A stretch of 64,000 bases of DNA, from contig NZ_DASZUV010000032.1 of assembly GCF_035548095.1 (NCBI RefSeq), forward strand, positions 28,372-92,371. Reading direction: 5' to 3'. This document shows positions 30,909 to 40,416 of this stretch, piece by piece. The DNA is from Rhodopila sp. GTDB taxonomy: Bacteria > Pseudomonadota > Alphaproteobacteria > Acetobacterales > Acetobacteraceae. The notes under the pieces are model-generated. The model worked only from the letters and a program-made list of their open reading frames with translations, was not told the origin of the DNA and searched no databases. A program made the position numbers and the translations under genes. Positions within the stretch are counted from its first letter, which is position 1, and every line of letters starts with the position of its first letter.

Positions 30909-32753
30909 ATGCCGAGCGCCAACGCCACCAGCGCTCGGTCCTGCCTTCCGTCGTGCCCGCGGGCGCCGGCCAGTATGCCCTCGCCGTGGCGGGGGTTGGC
31001 CGTGATGGTCGGCGGAGGCCGGTGGCGGAGTGCCGTGGCTGCCCTCCTCCTGGCCGTCGTCGCCGATCCTGCCCTCGCCGCGTCTCCCCCGGCGGTGGAA
31101 TCGGAGAGCGGCATGGTCGTCGCCGCGCAGCAGCTGGCGGCGGCGGCCGGTGTCGAGATCCTTCGCCGCGGCGGCAACGCCATCGATGCTGCCGTGGCGA
31201 TAGGCTATGCCGAGGCGGTCACCAACCCGTGCTGCGGCAATATCGGCGGCGGCGGCTTCCTCACCGCTCGGATGGCCGATGGCAGAGCCGTTTTCCTGAA
31301 TTTTCGGGAAACCGCTCCGGCGGCGGCGACGCGCGACATGTACCTGGACGTCGGCGGCAACCCGGTCCGGGGCGCCAGCCTGACCGGTTGGAAAGCCGTG
31401 GCGGTGCCCGGCACGGTGCTGGGACTCGACACGGTGCTGCGGCGTTACGGCACCTTGCCGCGGATGACCGTGATGGCGCCGGCGATCCGCCTGGCGCGTG
31501 ACGGGTTCGTGCTGACCAGGGCGGATGCCGCTGTCCTGGCGCGGGGCGCACGGCTGCTGCGCCAGGACGCGAACGCCGCCCGCCAGTTTCTCCATCCCGA
31601 CGGCACTCCCTACACCGCGGGCGAGACGCTGCGGCAGCCTCTGCTGGCTGCCACGCTGGAGGCTATCGCCGATCGAGGACCCGATGCCTTCTACGCCGGA
31701 GCCATTCCCCGGGCGGTGGAGGCCGCCGCCAGGGCCGGCGGCGGCATCATTACGGCGGCCGACTTCGCCGCCTACCGCGTCACCGACTCCGCGCCGCTCT
31801 CCTGCGCGTATCGCGGCTATACGATCCTGTCGGCGCCGCCGCCCTCCTCGGGCGGCACCACCTTGTGCGAGATCCTGGCCATTCTGGAAGGCTACGACCT
31901 GCACGGCATGGGCTTCGCCAGCGCCGGTTCGGTGCACGTGATGGCCGAGGCGATGCGACTGGCCTTTTTCGACCGCAACCGGTTCCTGGGCGATCCGGCG
32001 TTTGTGCACAATCCGCTCGACCGCCTGCTGTCCAGGGAGCATGCCGCTTCCCTCCGGGCGCGGATCACGGACCGGGCGACGCCCTCCGCCGCGCTGGCGA
32101 CGGCGGCGGAGAAGCCGGAGACGACGCATTTCTCCGTGGTGGACAAGGACCGCAACGCGGTCGCGGTGACCTTCACGATCAATGGCGGCTTCGGCGCCGG
32201 GGTGATCGCCGGCGATACCGGTTTTCTGCTGAACGATGAGATGGACGATTTTACCGTCAAGCCCGGCACGCCGAACCTGTTCGGCCTTGTGCAGGGCGAG
32301 GCGAATGCGATCGCCCCCGGCAAGCGCCCGCTGTCGTCGATGACGCCGACCATCGTCCTGAAGGACGGGCGGCTGCGGATGGTGCTGGGCTCGCCGGGCG
32401 GGTCGCGCATCATCACCGTCGTTGCCCAGGTGATCCTGAACATGATCGACCACGGCATGGCGCCTCAGGAAGCGGTGGACGCGCCGCGCATCCACATGCA
32501 GGGCCTGCCCGACATCCTGTTCGTCGAGCGCCGCGGCCTGTCGCCCGACACGCGCGCGCTGCTGGCGGCCCAGGGCTACCGGATCGAGGAACAGGCGCCC
32601 TGGGGCGCCGCGGCCCTGATCGCCACCGGGTTCGCCCGGGCAGCGGGAAAGCCCGCCGGCATCGATTTCGCCGCGGAGCCTGGCGCTGCCGGCACGCGTC
32701 TGTCGGGTGCGATGGACCCGAGGCGGCCGGCCGGGGCCGCGTTGGCGCCCTGA
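30909..32753 (+). CDS. ggt: Gamma-glutamyltransferase, probably exported
   Basis: GGNAIDAAVA, NIGGGGF, ETTHFS nucleophile, LNDEMDDF, KRPLSSMTPT, GSPGGSRI; start uncertain. Confidence 0.93.
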   Translation: MPSANATSARSCLPSCPRAPASMPSPWRGLAVMVGGGRWRSAVAALLLAVVADPALAASPPAVESESGMVVAAQQLAAAAGVEILRRGGNAIDAAVAIGYAEAVTNPCCGNIGGGGFLTARMADGRAVFLNFRETAPAAATRDMYLDVGGNPVRGASLTGWKAVAVPGTVLGLDTVLRRYGTLPRMTVMAPAIRLARDGFVLTRADAAVLARGARLLRQDANAARQFLHPDGTPYTAGETLRQPLLAATLEAIADRGPDAFYAGAIPRAVEAAARAGGGIITAADFAAYRVTDSAPLSCAYRGYTILSAPPPSSGGTTLCEILAILEGYDLHGMGFASAGSVHVMAEAMRLAFFDRNRFLGDPAFVHNPLDRLLSREHAASLRARITDRATPSAALATAAEKPETTHFSVVDKDRNAVAVTFTINGGFGAGVIAGDTGFLLNDEMDDFTVKPGTPNLFGLVQGEANAIAPGKRPLSSMTPTIVLKDGRLRMVLGSPGGSRIITVVAQVILNMIDHGMAPQEAVDAPRIHMQGLPDILFVERRGLSPDTRALLAAQGYRIEEQAPWGAAALIATGFARAAGKPAGIDFAAEPGAAGTRLSGAMDPRRPAGAALAP

Positions 32754-32814
32754 TCTTTCTCTCGATGCAGGAAATTTTCCTGTTGCGCCGCCCATGGCGC
32801 TCGGGGTAATAGGA

Positions 32815-32829
32815 GAACATTCAAAGAAC
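32815..32829 (+). promoter_or_regulatory. LexA (SOS) box
   Basis: GAAC-ATTCAAA-GAAC, preceded by TTGCGC..GGTAATAG promoter-like sequence. Confidence 0.72.
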
Positions 32830-32893
32830 ATCCCGCCGGCCGCCTGTCCTTATCGCCGGTTATGTCACGCGCTCCCTTTCGGAATCTCCCAGC

Positions 32894-33847
32894 ATGTCAG
32901 CCATCAAGCCCATTGACGCGCCGTTGTATGTCATCGCCCCCATCGTCAACCCGGTACGCTACCGGTCCCGCTACAGCCTGTATCGCGACTTCGCCAGACA
33001 CATCACCGATGCCGGCGCCGAGCTGTATACGGTGGAGGCGGCGTACGGCGACCGGCCGTTCGAGGTGACCGAGGACGGCAATCCCCGCCATATCCGCCTG
33101 CGCACCGCGCATGAGCTGTGGCACAAGGAGAACCTGATCAACCTCGGTGTCGCCCGCCTGCCGGCGGATTGGCGATACGTCGCCTGGATCGACGCCGACG
33201 TCACCTTCGCGCGCCCCGATATCGTCGCCGAAACGATCCAGCAATTGCAGCATTACAGCGTGGTGCAGATGTTCTCCCACGCCTTGGATCTGGGCCCCCG
33301 GCATGAGCCGCTGAGCGGCTTCGACGGCTTCGTCGCGCAGTATCTGCGGCAGGCGGGGACCGGCCAGGACCGCGACGTGCGGCCGGACGCCTATGGCCGC
33401 TGGCATCCAGGCTATGCCTGGGCCTGCCGCCGCGACGCCTGGGACCATCTGGGCGGCCTGATCGACTTCGCCGTTGTCGGCTCCGCCGACCGCTACATGG
33501 CCTGCGCCTTTCTCGGCCAGGTGGAAAGCTGCCTCAGCCGCGACCTTACCCGCCGCTGCCCGACCTACACCACCTGGTGCGCGGCGTGGCAGGAGCGGGC
33601 GGACCGCCACATCCTGCGCAATATCGGCTGCGTCGAGGGGTTGCTGCTGCACCATTTCCACGGCCCGAAGCGCGACCGCGGCTATGTCCGGCGGGAGGAG
33701 ATCCTGTGGCGCAACGATTTCGATCCGGCGCGCGACATCAAGCGGGACTGGCAGGGGCTTTGGCAGCTGACCGACCGCAAGCCGGCGCTGCGCGACCGCC
33801 TGCGCGGCTATTTCCGCAGCCGCAATGAGGACGCCACCGCGGCATGA
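32894..33847 (+). CDS. Hypothetical protein, GT-A-fold (glycosyltransferase-like)
   Basis: WHKENLINLG, WIDAD (DxD), HPGYAWACRRDAWDHLGGLIDFAVVGSAD, LHHFHG. Confidence 0.75.
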   Translation: MSAIKPIDAPLYVIAPIVNPVRYRSRYSLYRDFARHITDAGAELYTVEAAYGDRPFEVTEDGNPRHIRLRTAHELWHKENLINLGVARLPADWRYVAWIDADVTFARPDIVAETIQQLQHYSVVQMFSHALDLGPRHEPLSGFDGFVAQYLRQAGTGQDRDVRPDAYGRWHPGYAWACRRDAWDHLGGLIDFAVVGSADRYMACAFLGQVESCLSRDLTRRCPTYTTWCAAWQERADRHILRNIGCVEGLLLHHFHGPKRDRGYVRREEILWRNDFDPARDIKRDWQGLWQLTDRKPALRDRLRGYFRSRNEDATAA

Positions 33848-34023
33848 GCGTCGGCCGGGCGGTGGCGAGCGAAACGGTCCCGGGTGGGGACCTTCGCGGC
33901 AAGGGCCGTCCCCAGGTCGGCGGCGCCTGGGGAAATGGCCTTGTCGGAGAGCCCGGCGTGATGGACAGAACGCGGCCGCCGGGTCAGGCTTCCCGCCTTC
34001 CCTGTTGCCCATGGAGCCTGACC

Positions 34024-34509
34024 ATGCTGCCCGCATCCACCCTGGCCGAAGCCGAATCCCTGCTGGCCGCGTGCCGCGCCAGGGGCGTGATGCTGGCGAC
34101 GGCGGAAAGCTGCACGGGCGGGCTGATCGCCGGGGCGCTGACCGCGATCGCCCGATCCTCGGACGTGCTGGACCGGGGTTTCGTCACCTACTCCAACGAA
34201 GCCAAGAACGAAATGATCGGGGTGCCGATGCCCCTGATCGAGCAGCACGGCGCGGTCAGCGAGGAGGTCGCGCGGGCCATGGCGGATGGCGCCCTGAACC
34301 GTTCGCGTGCCGGGATCGCCGTATCGGTGACCGGCGTGGCCGGACCGGACGGCGGCACCGCCGCGAAGCCCGTCGGCCTCGTCTGTTTCGGCCTCGCGCG
34401 GCGGGGCGCGCCGACGGTGACGGAGCGGCGGATTCTTCCCGGCGACCGCGCCGCCATCCGTGCCGAGGCGGTGCGGCATGCGTTCGAAATGATCCGGGCG
34501 GCACTATGA
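34024..34509 (+). CDS. pncC: CinA C-terminal/NMN amidohydrolase (PncC)
   Basis: LATAESCTGG, GFVTYSNEAK, HGAVSEEVARAMA, VTGVAGPDGG. Confidence 0.92.
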   Translation: MLPASTLAEAESLLAACRARGVMLATAESCTGGLIAGALTAIARSSDVLDRGFVTYSNEAKNEMIGVPMPLIEQHGAVSEEVARAMADGALNRSRAGIAVSVTGVAGPDGGTAAKPVGLVCFGLARRGAPTVTERRILPGDRAAIRAEAVRHAFEMIRAAL

Positions 34510-34775
34510 GCCTGCCGCCGATCGATCCGCTGACGGCGGCGCTGGTGGTGCTGGCCACGGCGGGGACGGATGCGGTGTATGTGATGTTCACCTCCGCCGT
34601 CGCGGCAAAGCGGCGTGTGCCGGCGGCGACCTGGAGCAGCATCTGGTATCTGCTGTCGGCCTTCGCGGTGATCAATTTCACCAGCAACTGGATCTATGTC
34701 GTGTTCGCCGCGATCGGCTCCTGGGTCGGCGCCTATGCGTCGATGACGTTCCTGCACCGGCCCAAACGGACATAG
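34506..34775 (+). CDS. Small integral membrane protein
   Basis: About 3 hydrophobic segments; ATGA overlap with the pncC stop. Confidence 0.7.
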   Translation: MSLPPIDPLTAALVVLATAGTDAVYVMFTSAVAAKRRVPAATWSSIWYLLSAFAVINFTSNWIYVVFAAIGSWVGAYASMTFLHRPKRT

Positions 34776-34824
34776 CGAAACGGACAGAGCGGACAGGGCA
34801 ATGGCCGTGAGGCGACCAGCGGCC

Positions 34825-35775
34825 TCAGGCTCCGAACGATACGCCGGTCAGCCGTTTCGACAGCGTCCACAGCGCCTTCGCCACCGCCGCATCCCGCGCC
34901 TGCGGATAAATCCGCGAGGGGCCCGGTGCGCCCCGTGTCTCATTCCATCCGCTCGGCCCGTAATACCCGCCGCCGACCGCCTCCGGTGCCGTGGCGGCAA
35001 ACAGCGACGGCAACGCGCCCTCCCGCCCCGGCTGCGCGACGCGGTTGAAGATGAAATCGGCCAGCCGTCCCTTCACCCCGCGGCCCATGCCGTTGCGCAC
35101 GATCTCGGTCCGGGCCCAGCCGGGATGGGCGGCGATGCTCCGCAGCCCCCACCCGCCGGCGACCGACCGCCGGTGCAGCTCCAGCGAGAACATCAGCATC
35201 GCCAGCTTGGTGCGGCCATAGACGACGCGCGGCTGATAGGTCCGTTCCGCCTGGAAATCGTCCAGGTCCAGCGTCACCCGCCGATGCGCGACCGAGGCGA
35301 CATTCACCACCCGGCCGCCGCCCGGCGCGGCGCATACCGCGTCCTTCAGCCGCGCCGTCAGCGCGAAAGCGCCGAGATAGTTGACGCCCATCTGCCGCTC
35401 GAACCCGTCCGTGGTCACCTGCCGCTTCGGCAGCCCCATGATGCCGGCGTTGTTCACCAGGATGTCGATCCGCCCCTGCCCGGCCTGGACCGCGGCCTGG
35501 GCGAAGGCGGCGACCGAATCCAGGCTGGCCAGGTCCAGGCGCAGCACGCGCAGCGTCGCGTCCGGAACGGCCTGGCGGATGCGCGCCATGGCCTGGGCGC
35601 AACGCGCCTCATCGCGCCCGGCCAGGACCGTGTCGGCGCCAAGCCGGGCAAGGCCCAGCGCCGTCCAGTAGCCGATGCCGCTGGTGGGGCCGGTGACGAC
35701 GGCGATCTTCCCGTCCAGGCGGGGCGCCCGGGCCAGGCTCCAGCCTTGTGTCGCTTCAGCCATGAGCGCCTGCAT
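34825..35775 (-). CDS. SDR oxidoreductase (retinol dehydrogenase-like)
   Basis: VTGPTSGIG, LDLASLDSV, ILVNNAG, YGRTK, AAHPG. Confidence 0.9.
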   Translation of the reverse strand: MQALMAEATQGWSLARAPRLDGKIAVVTGPTSGIGYWTALGLARLGADTVLAGRDEARCAQAMARIRQAVPDATLRVLRLDLASLDSVAAFAQAAVQAGQGRIDILVNNAGIMGLPKRQVTTDGFERQMGVNYLGAFALTARLKDAVCAAPGGGRVVNVASVAHRRVTLDLDDFQAERTYQPRVVYGRTKLAMLMFSLELHRRSVAGGWGLRSIAAHPGWARTEIVRNGMGRGVKGRLADFIFNRVAQPGREGALPSLFAATAPEAVGGGYYGPSGWNETRGAPGPSRIYPQARDAAVAKALWTLSKRLTGVSFGA

Positions 35776-35949
35776 GATCGTTTCCCCCGAGTTCTGAAAG
35801 GGCGCCACCGGAAGGCACGGCTCCCCTCGCCGGCCGTGACGAATCAGACAGGACGGGTCAGTGTCGGGATACCCCGTATCAGATACCCCGTGTCAGGTGC
35901 CTCGTATCAGAAGGCGGGGATGGCGGAAAATCTCCATGGAGTCGGATCG

Positions 35950-37014
35950 ATGAAATTCTGGATCACGGGCGTGGCCTCGCCGCGCGGTAGCGCTCGGACC
36001 GCCGCGCGGATCGAGGAAGCCGGTTGGGACGGGTTCCTGGTGGTGGATTCGCAGAACCTGTCCGGCGATCCCTATGTCGCGCTGGCCATGGCCGCGACCA
36101 CGACCTCGGTGCTGGGCCTGGGCACCGGCGTCACCAACTGCGTCACCCGCCATGCCGCCGCCACCGCCTGCGCCATCGCCAGTGTCGACCGCGTGTCCGG
36201 CGGGCGGGCGGTGCTGGGCATCGGCCGCGGCGATTCCGCGCTGGCCCATCTGGGGCGGGCGCCCGCGAAGCCGGCGGTGTTCGCGCGCTACCTGCGGCAA
36301 TTGCAGGCCTATCTGCGCGGCGAGGCGGTGCCGTTCGAGGAGATCGACATCCCGCCTGGGGTCGCGCCGCCGCTGGCCGGGCTGGAACTTGCCGACGCAC
36401 CGCCGGCCAGCCGCATCGACTGGATCGGTGCCGGCCGCAAGGTGGAGGTCGAGGCGGCCGCCAGCGGACCCACCGTCATCGCCATCGCCGCGCGCCACGC
36501 CGACCGGGTGATGTTCGCGCTGGGCGCGGATGAGGAGCGGATCGCCTGGGGGATCGAGACCGCCAGGGAGGCGCGCCGCAAGGCCGGCCTGGACCCGGAC
36601 GGCATGCGTTTCGGCGCCTATCTGAATGTCGGCTGCAATCCGGATATCGAGGTCGCCCGGTCCCTGGTGAAGGGCGGGCTGACGACCTTCGCCCGCTTCT
36701 CGGTCATGCACGGCAAGGCCAGCGGCCCGGTCAGCGAAACCGACCGGGCGGTGCTGCACGACCTGCGGCATGCGTACGATATGAAGGCGCACACGCGCGG
36801 GGATTCGGCCCAGGCGGCGGTGCTGACGCCGGATTTCATCGACCGGTTCGCGGTGACGGGCACGCCGGAGCAGTGCATCAGCCGGTTGAAAGGGCTGGCC
36901 GCCCTGGGCCTGGACCGGGTGGCGATCACCGGCGCCCTGCGCGGCGTGTCCGAAACGGACGCCGCCACCTCCCGGCGGCTGCTGGAGACCGAGGTGCTGC
37001 CGGCGTTGCGATAG
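35950..37014 (+). CDS. LLM-class (luciferase-like) flavin/F420-dependent oxidoreductase
   Basis: AEEAGWD-like N-terminus, LGTGVTNCVTRH, GRAVLGIGRGDS, AASGP. Confidence 0.88.
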   Translation: MKFWITGVASPRGSARTAARIEEAGWDGFLVVDSQNLSGDPYVALAMAATTTSVLGLGTGVTNCVTRHAAATACAIASVDRVSGGRAVLGIGRGDSALAHLGRAPAKPAVFARYLRQLQAYLRGEAVPFEEIDIPPGVAPPLAGLELADAPPASRIDWIGAGRKVEVEAAASGPTVIAIAARHADRVMFALGADEERIAWGIETAREARRKAGLDPDGMRFGAYLNVGCNPDIEVARSLVKGGLTTFARFSVMHGKASGPVSETDRAVLHDLRHAYDMKAHTRGDSAQAAVLTPDFIDRFAVTGTPEQCISRLKGLAALGLDRVAITGALRGVSETDAATSRRLLETEVLPALR

Positions 37015-37043
37015 GATCGGTGTCCCGGCCGCATCCGCCATGG

Positions 37044-37092
37044 CTCAGGGCGCGATCGCCTGAAGCCGGCGGTGAGAGGGCGTGAATCGCGC
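37044..37092 (+). repeat. MITE/REP-like element, partial copy
   Basis: GGCGCGATCGCCTGAAGCCGGCGGTGAGAGGGCGTGAATCGCGC, between convergent genes. Confidence 0.8.
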
Positions 37093-37093
37093 A

Positions 37094-38722
37094 TCAGTCC
37101 CGCCGCGGCCGGCGCAGCGTGAAGCTCTCGAACGGTGCCAGCTGCCCGTCCGCGCCGACGACGTCGTAATATGTCACCTTGATCGTCGTGACGTCGCCGC
37201 GACGCGCGCCGGGGTCCAGCTCGAACGCCGCGAAGCCGTAGGAATGCGCGGCGTTCCGCACCGCGGACCACGGCGCGTCCTCATGCACATAGACGGGCGG
37301 GCGCTTCCCGGTCTTCGGATCGCGCTCCCCCACCGCGGTGATCACCCGGCAGGCGGGCGGATCGAAGAACAACTGGTTGGACGGCAGCGACGTTCCGCCG
37401 CCGCCGATCACCATGTGCACCGTGCCCTTGGTCGTGTCGATCACCCCGGTTTCCGTGGCGGCCGGGACCGGCGTCAGGGTGGCGTTCGGTGCGGCGCCGC
37501 GGATCGGGTGCGATCGCTCATAGTGGTGCTCATGACCGCACACCACGAGGTCGACGTTGTACTTGTCGAACAGCGGCACCCATTCCTGCCGGATGCCGAG
37601 ATCGGCGCCATTGAACTTGTCGGCGGTGGAGATCGCGACCTGGTGCATGCAGACGACGATCCAATCGATGTCGTGGTCGTTGCGCGCGGCCGCTAGCGCC
37701 TTCTCCAGCCAGGCCTTCTGCGCGCCTTGCGAATAGCCGCGGACGTAGGAATCGCCGCCGTCCTGGTAGGTGACATCGTCGTTGGCGATGCTGATCACCC
37801 GCATCGAACCCACGGTGAACGCGTACCACAGCCCACGCGTCAGCTCGGTCTGGCCGGATGCCGGCGGCAGGGAGAAATAGGTCTGGTAGGCGCGATAGCC
37901 GATCGGGCCGTTGCCCAGCTCATTCTCATGATTGCCGGGTGACGGCATCCATGGCCGGTTGCGGGCACTGCGGCTGTTGTTGGTCCAGAAGTCCCACCAG
38001 GTGCGCACCCGGTCCTCGGCCAGGTTGGCGTAACACAGGTCGCCGTTGAACAGGTGGAACAGGGGCCGCAGCCGCTCGACCCCCAGGGTGGTGTCGCCAG
38101 CCGCCGGGGAGCCGAGATTGTCATTCACGAACACCTCGCGCGCCAGGGTCACGCCGGGGGGCGGCGCGAACCGCTTGCCCGCGGTCGGCGTGCCCTGGTC
38201 GCCGAAGCTGGTGAAGGTGAGGCGGGCCCGTCCGCGCGGGCCGGTGCGGAACGTACCGAATTGCGGGTCGGCGCCGTGGTGCAGCGCCGCGTACAGATAG
38301 GCGGTGTCCGGCCGGAGCTGGCCGAGCTTCGCGTGATGGGCGTGAACCGTCTGGTTCGACTTGCCGTCCGTGTAGTTGACGGTCTCGGCGGTGACGACCT
38401 GCTCGAGCCTGCCGTCCAGGTGGCCGAGCAGGACCCGTGGCTGGTGGACGGGTTGCAGCGTGTGCCAGGAGACCACCATCATGGAGGATGCGTCGGCGCC
38501 GAACTGCAGGTGCAGGCCGGCCACGGGCGGTGTCGCGACCGGATCCGATCCAGGCCGGCTCGAGTCGGCCGCGGCGGATTTGCCCGATGTGTCAGGCACG
38601 ACCTCGACCTGTCCGGCGGCGGCTGGCGACGCGGCCATGATGAGGCCGCCACCGATGCCGGCGGCGGCGAGCAGCTTGCGGCGGCTGAGGTCGAGGCTGG
38701 AGTCGGCATCATGGATCGTCAT
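37094..38722 (-). CDS. Tat-exported purple acid phosphatase-family metallophosphoesterase
   Basis: SRRKLL Tat motif, FGDQG, GDLCYA, PGNHE, CGHEHHYER. Confidence 0.9.
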   Translation of the reverse strand: MTIHDADSSLDLSRRKLLAAAGIGGGLIMAASPAAAGQVEVVPDTSGKSAAADSSRPGSDPVATPPVAGLHLQFGADASSMMVVSWHTLQPVHQPRVLLGHLDGRLEQVVTAETVNYTDGKSNQTVHAHHAKLGQLRPDTAYLYAALHHGADPQFGTFRTGPRGRARLTFTSFGDQGTPTAGKRFAPPPGVTLAREVFVNDNLGSPAAGDTTLGVERLRPLFHLFNGDLCYANLAEDRVRTWWDFWTNNSRSARNRPWMPSPGNHENELGNGPIGYRAYQTYFSLPPASGQTELTRGLWYAFTVGSMRVISIANDDVTYQDGGDSYVRGYSQGAQKAWLEKALAAARNDHDIDWIVVCMHQVAISTADKFNGADLGIRQEWVPLFDKYNVDLVVCGHEHHYERSHPIRGAAPNATLTPVPAATETGVIDTTKGTVHMVIGGGGTSLPSNQLFFDPPACRVITAVGERDPKTGKRPPVYVHEDAPWSAVRNAAHSYGFAAFELDPGARRGDVTTIKVTYYDVVGADGQLAPFESFTLRRPRRD

Positions 38723-39070
38723 GGCAGGGGTGGCCTTCGGGCTGGTCGCGGGCCGCGGCACCCTAGCGGGACTTGATGACAGTTTTTCGAGCGGGCGCCC
38801 CGCCCGCCCTGGTCCGGCCGGGAAACGGCGACACGACGCGCGGAGCCGGCGACCGTGCCACCGGCGCGGTGTTGGCCCCGCGTGTCACGTGTGCGCGAGC
38901 GGCCGGCCGAGCCGGCTTGGGACACGTGGTGAAAGCCCCCGTAACGGCGCGTTTTTCCCATGCCATCCCCGCGAACACCCTGTCATGACGGACTGGTGCG
39001 CGGCGGACCCCAGGGTTAGGGTCCGGGCAGGGCCCGCCGCCGGCGGGTTCCGCTGAGACGGAGCGGACCG

Positions 39071-40285
39071 ATGGGGCTGACGGGCGCACAAAAGAGGACC
39101 GTGATCGCGGCTTTCCTCGGCTGGATGCTCGACGCCTTCGATTTCTTCATACTGACCTTCGTCCTGAAGGACATCGCGAAGGAATTCGGCGTCGGCGTGC
39201 CGGACGTTGCCTATGCATTGTTCCTGACACTTGCCATGCGCTTTGTCGGGGCATTCATCTTCGGCCGCATCGGCGACATCTGGGGCCGCCGGCCGGCGCT
39301 GATGCTCGATATCCTGTGCTACTCCATCCTCGGCACGCTGGCGGCCTTCTCCCCCAACCTGACGGTGTTCCTGGTCCTGCGCGCCCTGTTCGGCATCGCC
39401 ATGGGCGGCGAATGGGGGCTCGGCAGCTCCCTCGCCATGGAATCCATCCCGCCGCGGTCGCGCGGCGTGGTCTCCGGCATCCTGCAATGCGGCTATCCCA
39501 GCGGCTTTCTGCTGGCCGCCATCGCCTACGGCCTGCTGTACGGCCAGACGATCGGCGGCATCGTCATCGGCTGGCGGGCGATGTTCCTGCTGAGCGTCCT
39601 GCCGGCCTTCATGGTGCTGTTCATCCGGGCCGCGGTACCGGAATCCCCGGCCTTCGAGGCCGCGCGCGACCTGGACAAGCCGAATCTCTGGGTCACGCTG
39701 GCCGAGAACAAGGGCCTGGCGATCTACATGGTCGTGCTGATGATGTGCTTCAATCTGTTCAGTCACGGCACGCAGGACCTGTATCCGACCTTCCTGGAGC
39801 GGCAGCATGACTTCGATCCGCATACCGTCAGCCTGCTGGCGATCGTCGCCAATATCGGCGCGATCATCGGCGGCCTGGGTTTTGGCGCGGTGTCGGAACG
39901 GATCGGCCGGATCAACGGCATCACCATCGCCGCGCTGATCGCCCTGCCCGCGCTGCCGCTCTGGGCCTATTCCACCACGCCGATCATGCTGGGCGTCGGC
40001 GCCTTCGTCATGCAGATCGCCGTGCAGGGCGCCTGGGGCATCATCCCGGCCCATTTGAACGAGCTTTCACCCGGCGCGGCCCGCGCCACCATCCCCGCCT
40101 TCGTCTATCAGGCGGGCAACTTCCTCGCCTCATACAACGGGCCGTTCCAGGCCAGGCTCGCCGCGAGCCATGATGGCGACTACGCCTTTGCGCTGGCCGT
40201 CGTCGCCGGCGTGATCGCGGTGGCGATCGTCATCATCATCCGCTTCAGCCCGGAACGGCGCGGCGAGCTGCTGACCGCGCATTGA
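39071..40285 (+). CDS. MFS transporter (carboxylate/sialate:H+ symporter-like)
   Basis: GWMLDAFDFF, GRIGDIWGRRP, GMGGEWG, HGTQDLYPTFL. Confidence 0.92.
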   Translation: MGLTGAQKRTVIAAFLGWMLDAFDFFILTFVLKDIAKEFGVGVPDVAYALFLTLAMRFVGAFIFGRIGDIWGRRPALMLDILCYSILGTLAAFSPNLTVFLVLRALFGIAMGGEWGLGSSLAMESIPPRSRGVVSGILQCGYPSGFLLAAIAYGLLYGQTIGGIVIGWRAMFLLSVLPAFMVLFIRAAVPESPAFEAARDLDKPNLWVTLAENKGLAIYMVVLMMCFNLFSHGTQDLYPTFLERQHDFDPHTVSLLAIVANIGAIIGGLGFGAVSERIGRINGITIAALIALPALPLWAYSTTPIMLGVGAFVMQIAVQGAWGIIPAHLNELSPGAARATIPAFVYQAGNFLASYNGPFQARLAASHDGDYAFALAVVAGVIAVAIVIIIRFSPERRGELLTAH

Positions 40286-40292
40286 CGGCGGA

Positions 40293-40384
40293 CCTCCATC
40301 GGCTTTGGCGATCGTCGACGGAGCGATCGCCAAAGCCGGTCGCCAGAGTTGATCGCCAGAGTTGATCGCCAAAGCCGATGGAGG
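40293..40384. repeat. 21-bp perfect inverted repeat with internal direct repeats
   Basis: CCTCCATCGGCTTTGGCGATC / GATCGCCAAAGCCGATGGAGG. Confidence 0.85.
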
Positions 40385-40416
40385 CCGGCCGGCGGCGACT
40401 CGGCTATAATGCCGCC

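Noticed and set aside
34801-37014. 737-aa ORF
   Set aside because: Its N-terminal half is antisense to the SDR; the real LLM gene starts at 35950.
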